Source: Minisyncoccota bacterium (GTDB lineage Bacteria; Patescibacteriota; Minisyncoccia; Phycocordibacterales; UBA2100). From it: DNA of 64,000 nucleotides. The notes beneath the pieces are model-generated. The model saw only the letters and a list, made by a program, of their open reading frames with translations. It had not been told where the DNA came from and ran no database searches. Location: positions 24,192-88,191 of the forward strand of contig DATDWX010000027.1 in NCBI GenBank assembly GCA_036517335.1, read 5' to 3'. Below, piece after piece: positions 33,889 to 43,346 of this stretch. The first letter of the stretch is position 1; each line of letters begins with the position of its first letter. Position numbers and translations under genes: made by a program.

Positions 33889-35631
33889 ATGCAGCGCGTT
33901 CGTCATCTTTGGGGTCTGTACCAGAAGGCCTTCGGGGCCTATACCTGGCAAATAGTGCTTATCATGGTGCTCGCGTTTGTCTCGAGCATTGTGGAGGGTA
34001 TCGGGATAAGCGCCATTATTCCGATATTTAGCTTCGTCGGCGGCACGCCGGGCGCTGCGGGCGACACCATCTCGCACATCATCGCGGGGATGTTCTCTTT
34101 TTTCCACATTACCTACACTTTCCGGATGCTGCTCATCTTCATCGGAGTCCTCTTCGTGCTCCGGATCTTCTTTATATTCGGCATCCAGTATGTGACGGGC
34201 TACATCATTTACAACTACGAGCGTGATCTGCGTCTGCGACTTTTCGGCGGGACGCTGGAGAGCCGTTGGTCGTACCTCTCGCAGCAGAAGGTCGGCAATT
34301 TGGAGCAGCTCCTCACTACGAATACCAGCAATGCCTCACAATTCTTCGGCAATATTTCCGCCTCCGCTCTCATATGCACGAAAGTCTTGATCTACATTGT
34401 GATCGCGATCAACATTTCGTGGTGGATCGCGCTGTTTAGTTTGCTCGCCGGATTCTTGATGGTCTTCGTGTTGCGCCCGATCTTCTATAGAGATCGCGCG
34501 ATAGCGACCGACGCGGAGCGCACCAATCGCTCGCTCGCACATTTCGTCAGCGAGCATGTCATCGGCATGAAGGCGATCAAGGCGATGGCGCTTGAAGAGC
34601 CGGTCAAAGCGCGCGGACGTGAGTTCTTCGACCTGACGCGTACGCTGAATCTGCGCGCCCGAGTGATGGGCGGCTATGTACAGGTACTAGTGCAAAGCGC
34701 GGGCATCGTTTTCGTCGCCATCACCTTCGCTATCATGTATCGTTCGCCGGGCTTCACGCTCGCTTCCTTTGCGGTCATCGTGTACGCCATCAATCAGATA
34801 TTCGCGCAGATACAGTCCGGCCAAAATCAGCTCCACACCATTGTGCGGCTCCTTCCCTATATTGGCGAAGCGTTTGCATATGGCGATCGCACGAAGGCGA
34901 ATGCAGAGGCGCGTGGCGGGGGCGCTCCGTTTGCTCTCCAGCAGAGCATTGAATTTCGCCACGTATCGTTTACATACCCAGAGCGCGGGAGTGTCTTGTC
35001 TGATGCGGATTTCCAGATCCACAAGGGTGAGCTACTTGGTATAGTGGGTCCCTCCGGCGCGGGCAAATCCACGCTTGCCGATTTGCTCCTGCGGCTTATC
35101 GAACCCACGAGTGGCATGATCGTCGTCGATGGGCGCGATGTGCAAGAAATATCAGTCGAGGCGTGGAGGTCGCATGTAGGCTATGTGGCGCAGGATGCGG
35201 TCTTGCTCAATGATACGATCGAGCAGAATATTCGCTTCTACAATGCGAAGGTGGGAATGGCGGATGTGGTCGCGGCGGCAAAGCTCGCGAATATTCACGA
35301 ATTCATCGAGACGCTGCCGCGGGGATACGAGACGGTGATCGGGGATCGTGGCATCCTCCTCTCCGGAGGCCAGCGTCAGCGGGTGGCGCTTGCGCGCGTC
35401 TTGGCGCGCAAGCCAGAGCTTCTCGTTTTGGACGAAGCCACCAGCTCGCTCGACCAAGAATCCGAACGCGCCATCCAAGCGGCGGTCGAAGGACTGCGCG
35501 GCGGCATCACGATCGTCGTCATCGCGCACCGGCTCTCGACCATCGAAGGAGCTGATCGTTTCATCGGGATCAAAGATGGAGTTGTTTCCGAATTGTCTCG
35601 CGACGAGGTGTTTGCAACCCGTTCCGTATGA
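33889..35631 (+). CDS. ABC transporter permease/ATPase (MsbA/PglK-like glycan flippase)
   Basis: Six-TM N-domain, GPSGAGKST, LSGGQRQR, LDEATSSLD, IAHRLST. Confidence 0.9.
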   Translation: MQRVRHLWGLYQKAFGAYTWQIVLIMVLAFVSSIVEGIGISAIIPIFSFVGGTPGAAGDTISHIIAGMFSFFHITYTFRMLLIFIGVLFVLRIFFIFGIQYVTGYIIYNYERDLRLRLFGGTLESRWSYLSQQKVGNLEQLLTTNTSNASQFFGNISASALICTKVLIYIVIAINISWWIALFSLLAGFLMVFVLRPIFYRDRAIATDAERTNRSLAHFVSEHVIGMKAIKAMALEEPVKARGREFFDLTRTLNLRARVMGGYVQVLVQSAGIVFVAITFAIMYRSPGFTLASFAVIVYAINQIFAQIQSGQNQLHTIVRLLPYIGEAFAYGDRTKANAEARGGGAPFALQQSIEFRHVSFTYPERGSVLSDADFQIHKGELLGIVGPSGAGKSTLADLLLRLIEPTSGMIVVDGRDVQEISVEAWRSHVGYVAQDAVLLNDTIEQNIRFYNAKVGMADVVAAAKLANIHEFIETLPRGYETVIGDRGILLSGGQRQRVALARVLARKPELLVLDEATSSLDQESERAIQAAVEGLRGGITIVVIAHRLSTIEGADRFIGIKDGVVSELSRDEVFATRSV

Positions 35632-35912
35632 ATCCCGTTAGAGATGACAAAAGTTGGTATACCTACGTACTTCGGAGTTTGAAGGACGGTAATTGGTACA
35701 CCGGTTTTACGAACGATCTACGGAAGCGCTTCAAGCAGCACAACGACGGGCTTACGTTCTCGACCAAAGGACGTCGTCCGTTAGAGGTGATATATTACGA
35801 AATGTGTAGAAATGAGCATGATGCTCGGTCGAGGGAATTATTTCTTAAATCTGGTATGGGAAAGCGTTATTTGCAAAACCGCTTGAAGCGCTTCCTATCT
35901 CTAACGGGATGA
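35628..35912 (+). CDS. Stand-alone GIY-YIG nuclease (UPF0213/YhbQ-like), 94 aa
   Basis: YTYVLRS, WYTGFTNDLRKRFKQHN, TKGRRP, IYYE, ARSRELFLK. Both termini are encoded by the element's inverted repeats. Confidence 0.9.
   Translation: MNPVRDDKSWYTYVLRSLKDGNWYTGFTNDLRKRFKQHNDGLTFSTKGRRPLEVIYYEMCRNEHDARSRELFLKSGMGKRYLQNRLKRFLSLTG
35634..35908 (+). mobile_element. 275-bp TIR-bounded element carrying the GIY-YIG gene (copy 3)
   Basis: 12-bp TIR CCCGTTAGAGAT/ATCTCTAACGGG, flanked by ATGAA(T) at 35628 and ATGAA(A) at 35909. Confidence 0.85.
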
Positions 35913-37312
35913 AATTATTCTTGATCCAACTCGGGGAGATGGTGCCGGCGCAAGTAGATGTGGCGCGCATGCTCAAGAAAAATCACGAGATCCAATACTG
36001 GGTGCGGATGGAAAATCATTTCGCGGTCTACAGAGAGGAATTCGAGGGGACGTTCTTCCAGGATTATCTCGATGCGATTCAAGGGATTCCGGCTCGTGGG
36101 ATCGATCTGTACAAGTACGAGCCGTGGAGCGCGCACGATATCGCCGCATACGGGGATATCGAATCCGAGTACATGACCATGGCCGACAAATTGCATCCTC
36201 ATTGGTCTGTGAATCAGCGGAAGGATTTGTATTTCGATCTGCTTCGATACTGGGGCGGCATATTGGATGAATTCAAGCCCGATTGCATCGTTATCCTTGG
36301 GGTTCCGCATCACGAGTATGATTTCGTTTTGTACAAAATTGCGAAGCGCCGAGGTATACGTACGATCATCCTAGAGAACACGTTCAGAGGAGGTCGCTAC
36401 GTGTTGTATGAGGACTATACGGTTGGAAGCGAAAAATTTCTGATAGGGAATGGAGCGCGGGAGACAACACTTGAACAGCTCTCCCCTGAAATGCGTGCCT
36501 ATTTTGAACGCGTATCGCTGGGAGAGAACCCGGCGCCGCCCTACGTACAGGCATTCCACGAACGTCGTACGACCATTAACGCTATTCGCCGTTGGAATCA
36601 CGCCATCGTGCGATTCATTAAAGATCGCTCGCTCTTCGAACGTGCGATCTTGAAGGTGCTCAAGATGATGAAGCCATCTCTTAAGGATGAGCACCATGCA
36701 AACGAAAAAGCACCCAATTTCGATAATTCCTACGCGTATTTTCCCCTGCACTACCAGCCAGAATTTACTACGAGTCCCGCCGGAGGGCTCTATGTAGATC
36801 AAATGCACGCCATTAAAACGATTGCCGCGGCACTTCCAGAGGGATGGGAGTTGTATGTTAAAGAACACCCCGGCCAACTCGCCGTGCACGGCGGCAATTT
36901 TACGCCTGCACGCTACAGCGGCTTCTATTCAGCAATTGTCGCTATCCCGCATGTGCGACTTGTTCCGCTTGAGACAAATACGTACAAACTCATTGATCGA
37001 GCTCGGACGACCGCAACGATTGCGGGCACTGCCGGATGGGAGAGTATCTTGCGCGGCAAAACTGCACTCGTTTTGGGTTATCCGTGGTATTTGCAAGCGC
37101 CGGGCGTGCTTCGCGTATCGAGCGTCCCCGAATGTCGTAATGCTTTTGAAAAAATCACAGGTGGGTTTGTACCGCGGCAATCCGATATTCTCAGCTACCT
37201 CGATCGCGTCGACCAGGCGAGTTTGTACGGGGACTTACTTTATATAAAGACCGACACTCCGCAGTATGCGCAGGATATGTACACGGCTATCGAGGAGATG
37301 CTTGCATCTTGA
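35909..37312 (+). CDS. Capsule-synthesis-family (KpsS/KpsC-like) glycosyltransferase candidate
   Basis: YFPLHYQPE, LYVKEHP, TIAGTAGWE and LGYPWY motifs typical of Kdo/nonulosonate transferase-like proteins. Confidence 0.7.
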   Translation: MKLFLIQLGEMVPAQVDVARMLKKNHEIQYWVRMENHFAVYREEFEGTFFQDYLDAIQGIPARGIDLYKYEPWSAHDIAAYGDIESEYMTMADKLHPHWSVNQRKDLYFDLLRYWGGILDEFKPDCIVILGVPHHEYDFVLYKIAKRRGIRTIILENTFRGGRYVLYEDYTVGSEKFLIGNGARETTLEQLSPEMRAYFERVSLGENPAPPYVQAFHERRTTINAIRRWNHAIVRFIKDRSLFERAILKVLKMMKPSLKDEHHANEKAPNFDNSYAYFPLHYQPEFTTSPAGGLYVDQMHAIKTIAAALPEGWELYVKEHPGQLAVHGGNFTPARYSGFYSAIVAIPHVRLVPLETNTYKLIDRARTTATIAGTAGWESILRGKTALVLGYPWYLQAPGVLRVSSVPECRNAFEKITGGFVPRQSDILSYLDRVDQASLYGDLLYIKTDTPQYAQDMYTAIEEMLAS

Positions 37313-37313
37313 T

Positions 37314-38318
37314 ATGTATACCATTCCCTTTAATCCTCGGGCGACATCATTGGCGGAGCCGCACGCGGTGGATACAGCGGTCTTCGGCAGTTTGGAAAAA
37401 GACATCACCTACACGTTCGCGGGCAAATCGGCCTTAGCGCTGCTCCTGCGCTATTACCGCGCGAAGGGGTCGCTCCGCGACAGGAGCGACCAGGTCCTTG
37501 TGCCGCAATGGCTCGGCGGACCGGTGTACAACATCATGCAGTATTCGTGTTTTCCAAATGCGTCCTACAACGAGAAAGTGCGCGGGCTTCTGCTCTACCA
37601 TCAGTGGGGATTCCCGCAGGATGTCGACGCTGTGCGCGATTTTTGCGAGCAAAAGAAATTATTCTTGATCGAAGATTGCGCGCACGCGCTCGAAAGCTAC
37701 TACAAAGGGCAACGTGTCGGCACATTCGGCGAGGTCGCTTTCTTCAGTTTGCAGAAATTCTTCCCGAGCGTCGTCGGGGGTGCGGTGTACTCAACGCAGC
37801 GCGACGTACACGATTTCCTCGAAGGAGAATTCAAGAAAGACGACGAAGAGCTAGCCAAAGAAATATTCGCGAACTGTTTTGCCGTCGACACAAATTCCAC
37901 AAAGCGCAACGGGATCAACCTTGAGCGCAACTATATCGTGTATGACAGAATACTGAAGTGTCCGTCCTATGCGCTTGCGGTGGCGCGAGCGCAGATGCAT
38001 GCGGGGGCGCTCGACAAGCGACGAGCCCACTATGAGCTCTATAAGCAGGCATTCGGCGCCGAAAAATATCTTTCGCAATTCATACAGGAGAATGTCGTGC
38101 CGTGGGTGGTTCCGCTTTTCTTCGATGAGGATCGCTGCGCGAGGGTTGCTGCAATGCTAAAGCGCGCGAGCATTGAATCGGGTGTCTACCATTTTGATGT
38201 CAACCGCAACATGCTTGAACCGGACTTCAAATTGTGCGTTCCGGTGCCTTGTCATCAAGGTATGAGCGAAGAGGACGTCGGTCGCGTAATTGGTATTGTA
38301 AAAGAAGCAGTACGCTAA
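37314..38318 (+). CDS. DegT/DnrJ/EryC1/StrS family PLP-dependent protein
   Basis: HQWGFP, LIEDCAHA, GTFG, FSLQK, VPCHQ. Confidence 0.78.
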   Translation: MYTIPFNPRATSLAEPHAVDTAVFGSLEKDITYTFAGKSALALLLRYYRAKGSLRDRSDQVLVPQWLGGPVYNIMQYSCFPNASYNEKVRGLLLYHQWGFPQDVDAVRDFCEQKKLFLIEDCAHALESYYKGQRVGTFGEVAFFSLQKFFPSVVGGAVYSTQRDVHDFLEGEFKKDDEELAKEIFANCFAVDTNSTKRNGINLERNYIVYDRILKCPSYALAVARAQMHAGALDKRRAHYELYKQAFGAEKYLSQFIQENVVPWVVPLFFDEDRCARVAAMLKRASIESGVYHFDVNRNMLEPDFKLCVPVPCHQGMSEEDVGRVIGIVKEAVR

Positions 38319-38323
38319 TACGT

Positions 38324-39430
38324 ATGGATACTCGTTCATTCGAAGAGATAGAAAAAGCTGGGTGGGACGCTTTCTGCACAAATTCACCAGATGCGTGGTT
38401 TCGGCACACGAGCGACTTTATAAAGCTCGCGCTCGTGCTTGAGGAGGGAAATGAGAACCATTCATTTGCCATTACAAACGGTGAGCAGTTGCTTGCTGTA
38501 GTGCCGCTTGTGAGTCAGACGATCAGCGACACGCAAAGGCGCGAGTATGCTCTCGGAGGTATGACGCCCGCGCCGTACCCGGCGCTCTTGGCCGATCTAT
38601 CTCCTAAAGAACGGGAGAGCGTCAGTAAGTATATTTTTGAGGAGATCGACCGGCGGGCGAAAGAGGATGACATCTCCTGCGCGCGGATGTTCGTCGATCC
38701 GCTTAGTGATCCGATCATCGAGGGTGGCGTACGCTTTAATACGCTGGCAACATACGGATTCCACGACACATCGATGGCAACCGTTTGTATCCAACTCTCC
38801 AGGAGCCATGAGCAGATATTGAGTGGAATGTCCGAGCGCCGGCAGCGTTACATTGCGGCGGCAGAGCGCAAGAGAAACTGTCGGGTTGATATCTTTGATA
38901 GCGATTCCATTACGGATGGCATGTACAAGGAATATCAAACATTATTTTTCGAGGCGGCCGGAATGACCGTCGGCTCTAAAGAACGCTGGCAGACGACGCT
39001 AGAATGGATAAAAAATGGTTTTGCGCTGCTCGCGATAGTGCGAGCATCAGGGACAAATGAATTACTCGCCGGGCATTTAGTGATGTTCTATAAGAAGCGG
39101 GGGTACGACGTGAACTCCGCGATACATCCATCCCAAAGGAATAATCACGAAGTGGGCATGTACATGCAATGGAAGACGATGCTTTATATGAAAGAGCACG
39201 GCTGCACGCACTACGAGATCGGTTGGTTGTGGCCTCCGACCATTTCCGAATCCGTCTACTCACAAAAAGAATTGGCCATAGCGCACTCCAAGTCGCTTTT
39301 TGGGAAATACATTCTACCCGTCTTTCGGGGAGAAAAGTATTATGATATGGAATACTTGCGGGAGCGAAGAGCGGCATTGACCGAACAGTTTATAGCCCAC
39401 TATGGCAATAAGAAAAATATCACTGAATGA
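38324..39430 (+). CDS. GNAT/FemAB-like acyl- or aminoacyltransferase
   Basis: WDAF, WFRHT, LLAVVPL, RQRYI, MQWKTMLYMKEHGCTHYEIG, KSLFG. Confidence 0.68.
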   Translation: MDTRSFEEIEKAGWDAFCTNSPDAWFRHTSDFIKLALVLEEGNENHSFAITNGEQLLAVVPLVSQTISDTQRREYALGGMTPAPYPALLADLSPKERESVSKYIFEEIDRRAKEDDISCARMFVDPLSDPIIEGGVRFNTLATYGFHDTSMATVCIQLSRSHEQILSGMSERRQRYIAAAERKRNCRVDIFDSDSITDGMYKEYQTLFFEAAGMTVGSKERWQTTLEWIKNGFALLAIVRASGTNELLAGHLVMFYKKRGYDVNSAIHPSQRNNHEVGMYMQWKTMLYMKEHGCTHYEIGWLWPPTISESVYSQKELAIAHSKSLFGKYILPVFRGEKYYDMEYLRERRAALTEQFIAHYGNKKNITE

Positions 39431-40199
39431 GCTTGGGGCGTATTCGCCATGGATCAGGCGGCTCAAAGAAGGAAAGAAGCTCTTCGAAAAAACACCCGCA
39501 AGTCTGATGCGGGAGTACAATGAAGACAAATACGCGCCGCTTATGGCGTGCAAAACATTTGTTGATGCGATCCAAGCATATCGTGGTCCAAAAGAAGAAA
39601 CTGCATACTCTCGGCACGGTGAGCTTTTTGTAGACGATAAGGATGCCGTATATGAATTGCGCCAAAAAATCATGCTTGAAGCACTTCGCCCGACTCTTGA
39701 AATGGTCGAGATGGTGATCGAACTCGGCGCCGGATTTGGTCAGACCGTTCGGTCCATTCAAGAAGCGTATCCCGCGCTCGCGTATCGTGCTGGAGAATAC
39801 ACGCCCAACGGCGTCGCGCTTGGTCAGAAACTGCTTCCCGGTGTTCAATTCTATCCTTTCAACTTTTACAAAGCGGGCGACTGGGATCGCATATTCGATG
39901 GAGTAGAGAACGCGCTCGTTTTCACCGTGCATGCGGTGGAGATGATCCCGGACGCTACACTCTTTGTGCGGGAAGTACAAAGGCAAAAAAACAAGATACA
40001 CAGCGTTGTCAACTTCGAGCCGATTTATCGCGACGACGGCACTGAATTATCGCGCTATCGTATGAAATACATTGAGATCAATAGCTACTGCCAGAACATC
40101 CTGCAATCAATCCTGAACCCTCGGAAGATCGAAGAAGATTTTTTTGGCGTGAACCCCCTTTTTCCGAAGACGTTTATCGAGTGGGATCTTCATTCATGA
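39402..40199 (+). CDS. Putative SAM-dependent methyltransferase
   Basis: VIELGAGFG, GEYTPNG, FTVHAVE, FEP. Confidence 0.65.
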   Translation: MAIRKISLNELGAYSPWIRRLKEGKKLFEKTPASLMREYNEDKYAPLMACKTFVDAIQAYRGPKEETAYSRHGELFVDDKDAVYELRQKIMLEALRPTLEMVEMVIELGAGFGQTVRSIQEAYPALAYRAGEYTPNGVALGQKLLPGVQFYPFNFYKAGDWDRIFDGVENALVFTVHAVEMIPDATLFVREVQRQKNKIHSVVNFEPIYRDDGTELSRYRMKYIEINSYCQNILQSILNPRKIEEDFFGVNPLFPKTFIEWDLHS

Positions 40200-40834
40200 T
40201 ACATATTCATCAACTGAAACGACTTCTGCTCGGTCTTGAGGATCGCTATTTTGACTGGGTCAACAACATCGACACGAGCCCGATTGTGAGCGGCGACGAG
40301 CTATATTCACAATTGCAGGATAACGCTCGCGTGTACCATGGAGCGTGGTGTCGCGCCATGCGCCAACTCTTTGCCGAGGCTCGACGATTGGGTGTCTACC
40401 CCCGGATTTTCGTCGACATTGGCTGCGGCAAGGGCAAGGCCTGCTTTTATGCGGCGCGATATAGCGGGTTTGAGCGGATAATTGGGATTGATTTCGATTC
40501 ATTCCTGATCAAAATCGCACAACGCAATTTGGAGAAGTTTGGCATGCCTGCGCATGCAGGAAACGCACAGATAACGTTTGAACACAAGGATGCCACAGAG
40601 TATTTGTTGCCCGAGGAGCAGTCGTTCGTTTTTCTTTTTAATCCATTCGACGATCAAGCGCTGCGCCTGTTCTTGAAGAACAACCTTGAGTCTTTTCAAA
40701 AGAACGCTCATGTCATTGGATATTCCAATGATGTTCACCGTATTGTGATTGAACAGATGGGGTTCCGGAAATTGTACCGCGATGATGCGCGAAAAATGTC
40801 GCTCTGGCAATGGGGCCGCCCGTCACTTTCATAG
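40196..40834 (+). CDS. SAM-dependent methyltransferase
   Basis: FVDIGCGKGK, IIGIDF, DAT, FLFNPF. Confidence 0.82.
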   Translation: MIHIHQLKRLLLGLEDRYFDWVNNIDTSPIVSGDELYSQLQDNARVYHGAWCRAMRQLFAEARRLGVYPRIFVDIGCGKGKACFYAARYSGFERIIGIDFDSFLIKIAQRNLEKFGMPAHAGNAQITFEHKDATEYLLPEEQSFVFLFNPFDDQALRLFLKNNLESFQKNAHVIGYSNDVHRIVIEQMGFRKLYRDDARKMSLWQWGRPSLS

Positions 40835-40864
40835 AACTACCTGATTTGGTACAGTGCGTTTGGC

Positions 40865-42298
40865 ATGACTCGTACACGAATATCTAGCCGCATCCTTTCC
40901 GAATTCAAGGCATGGCGGAAACAGCCTCCCATTCAGAAAGATTGTGGGATCATTTGGGTATTGAGTGGACAAGACACTGGCTGGGAAAAGGGCTCCGACA
41001 CGAGGCGGCGGCTTGAGGAGGGGATGCGGCTCGCCAAAAAAGTGGCCCGCATGAACCGTGGGAAATTACCCGCCGTATACATCAGCGGTTGGGATGAACA
41101 CAATACCAATCTAAAAAAATGGCGCGCGGAAGGCTTGTTTGAGAAAATATATGGATTTCCGCGTAGGAAAATGCTCATCGGCCCGCAAGAGCGCATCATC
41201 CACACGGGCGATCAATTTCGCCTCTTTCCGAAGAAGTTCTTGCGCGGCAATAAAAAGATCATCGTTCTGACCGACCTCTACCATCTACCGCGCGCAAGGC
41301 GGCATATGGCGCGGTATTTCCCACTGCAGCGTGATCGATTTATTTTTTATCCCGCGGCGCCGGTCTCAATAAGTTCTGCCGAAGTTGCCCGGCAGACGCG
41401 AAAGATCATCGAATATGCGAAGCGAGGCTTCATCCCTCTGTTCCCTGATGTAAAGAAAGTTGTCGTCTCGGGTGCTAGCGGCTTTCTCGGGTCGCGACTC
41501 ATTGCGGAACTATCCAAACGCGATGATGCATCGTCAGTGCCCTTGCCGCGAGAAGCATTTAGAAATCAAAAGCTGCTGCGCTCTAAGGTCCGCGGGGCCG
41601 ATGTCGTGTTCCATCTTGCGGGTGTGAATCGTGCGAATAGTCCCGAGGAATATCAGTTCAACATGAGCTCGACGAAGATGCTCCTTGCAGCGATGAAAAG
41701 TGTCGCGCCGAGCGCCCTCTTGGTCTACACCTCTTCGTTTGCCGTGTATCGGCCACCGCGCAAAGGTCAGACCGTAGACGAGAGATTTCCTCTTCAGCCG
41801 AGAAATGCTTACGGCGCATCAAAATTGGCAGCGGAGAAATTGCTGCGTACAGCTTTGCAGCGCTACGGCATTTCCTCGCTTGCTCTGCGCATTTCAAATA
41901 TGTACGGCCCGCATGCCAAGACCTCACGGGCGATCGTGGACCAGATTCGCCATGCGATAGAAACCGGAAAGCCGATCACGGTACACACCGACATGTCCGC
42001 GACACGCGACTTTGTGTACGTGGATGACGTGGTCTCCGCGCTGATCAGGGTCATGGGGCGCAGGGGTAAAAAAAAGCGTTTTGAAGTATTCAATATTTGC
42101 ACCGGCGATGAAGTCAGCATTGCCGCGATCATACAGATGGCAGAAAAAGTGGCCGGAAAAAAGCTGGATATCGTGAAGCGTCCGGACGCGAACGAACGAG
42201 CGGCCTATTGGCAGGGGAGTTTTCAAAAGGCGAAAAAAGGACTACAATGGCAGCCTAAAGTCAAGATTCACCAAGGACTCCGTAAAACCCTTGTATAA
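40865..42298 (+). CDS. Fusion of a YdcF/ElyC (DUF218)-like domain and an NAD-dependent epimerase/dehydratase
   Basis: N-terminal IWVLSG, YISG, HTGDQ, LTDLYHLPRA; C-terminal VSGASGFLG, FHLAG, YGASK, RDFVYVDD. Confidence 0.75.
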   Translation: MTRTRISSRILSEFKAWRKQPPIQKDCGIIWVLSGQDTGWEKGSDTRRRLEEGMRLAKKVARMNRGKLPAVYISGWDEHNTNLKKWRAEGLFEKIYGFPRRKMLIGPQERIIHTGDQFRLFPKKFLRGNKKIIVLTDLYHLPRARRHMARYFPLQRDRFIFYPAAPVSISSAEVARQTRKIIEYAKRGFIPLFPDVKKVVVSGASGFLGSRLIAELSKRDDASSVPLPREAFRNQKLLRSKVRGADVVFHLAGVNRANSPEEYQFNMSSTKMLLAAMKSVAPSALLVYTSSFAVYRPPRKGQTVDERFPLQPRNAYGASKLAAEKLLRTALQRYGISSLALRISNMYGPHAKTSRAIVDQIRHAIETGKPITVHTDMSATRDFVYVDDVVSALIRVMGRRGKKKRFEVFNICTGDEVSIAAIIQMAEKVAGKKLDIVKRPDANERAAYWQGSFQKAKKGLQWQPKVKIHQGLRKTLV

Positions 42299-42302
42299 GG
42301 CC

Positions 42303-43346
42303 ATGGATTATAAGAAACTCTTCACCGGCAAACGTATCCTCGTCTTGGGCGGTACCGGATCTATCGGTTCGGTTATTGTGCACGAACTTTTGAAATACGA
42401 TCCAAAACAAGTCCGCGTCTACTCGCGCGACGAATCCAAGCACCAGGAACTCCTCTTCACCATTCCGGAAAAACAACATGCAAAGATCCGCTCATTGATC
42501 GGCGATGTGCGCGATCGAGAGCGGCTGCACTTCGCCATGCGCGATATTGATATCGTGTTTAATGCTGCGGCGATGAAGCACGTACCGTTCTGCGAATACA
42601 ATCCCTTTGAAGCCGTGAAAACCAACGTGTATGGCACGCAAAATGTACTCGACTCCGCGCGAGAGCACAACGTGGAAAAGGTGATCACCATCTCGACCGA
42701 CAAGGCGGCGGATCCCAACAGTACGCTCGGCGCGACGAAATTGCTTGCCGAAAAATTGACCTCTGCCGCCAACGCCTATCAAGGCAAGGGGCGCACGGTG
42801 TTTGCCTCGGTGCGTTTTGGCAACGTGCTCGGAAGCAGCAACTCTCTTCTGCCGATCATCAAGCGACAATTCCTCGCTGGCAAGCCGATCACCATCACCG
42901 ATTACCGGATGACACGCTTCATTATGCCGACCGAATCTGCCGTCGAGCTCGTCTTCGAAGCAACAGCGCGCATGGAAGGCGGCGAAATATTCGTACTCAA
43001 AATGCCGTCGGTCTCGATAGAAGAGCTCATCCGCGCCTATGTGGAGCTGCTCCAGCAGCACTACCACATCAAGAAAAAGATTACCTATACATTCATAGGC
43101 GCGCGGCCGGGAGAAAAAATACATGAGAAGTTGCTGACCGAGCATGAAGCAAGCTTTGCGGTAGAGAAGGAAAAACTCTTTGTCGTGATGCCGGGTATCA
43201 CGGCGCAAGTGCTGAAGAAAAACGGTCGTTTCAAGGCTACGAGCAAAGCACGAGAGCACACGGGGTATCACTCGGGTACCGCTCCCAAATTAAGCAAGGC
43301 TGAAATTCAAAAAATTATTCTTAATCTCAAAGACACGGCACTATGA
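42303..43346 (+). CDS. UDP-GlcNAc 4,6-dehydratase (PseB/LegB/CapD-like)
   Basis: GGTGSIG, SRDESK, AAAMKHVP, EYNPFEAVKTN, STDKA, VRFGNV, RPGEKIHE. Confidence 0.9.
   Translation: MDYKKLFTGKRILVLGGTGSIGSVIVHELLKYDPKQVRVYSRDESKHQELLFTIPEKQHAKIRSLIGDVRDRERLHFAMRDIDIVFNAAAMKHVPFCEYNPFEAVKTNVYGTQNVLDSAREHNVEKVITISTDKAADPNSTLGATKLLAEKLTSAANAYQGKGRTVFASVRFGNVLGSSNSLLPIIKRQFLAGKPITITDYRMTRFIMPTESAVELVFEATARMEGGEIFVLKMPSVSIEELIRAYVELLQQHYHIKKKITYTFIGARPGEKIHEKLLTEHEASFAVEKEKLFVVMPGITAQVLKKNGRFKATSKAREHTGYHSGTAPKLSKAEIQKIILNLKDTAL

Noticed and set aside
35778-35787. Partial TIR matches: CCGTTAGAGG inside the GIY-YIG gene and CTAACGGG in secA (~59690)
   Set aside because: No partner repeat or flanking duplication; explained by coding sequence.
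35628-35912. GIY-YIG gene as an intron homing endonuclease or UvrC fragment
   Set aside because: It lies between genes with TIRs, has no surrounding intron structure and lacks additional DNA-binding or UvrC domains.
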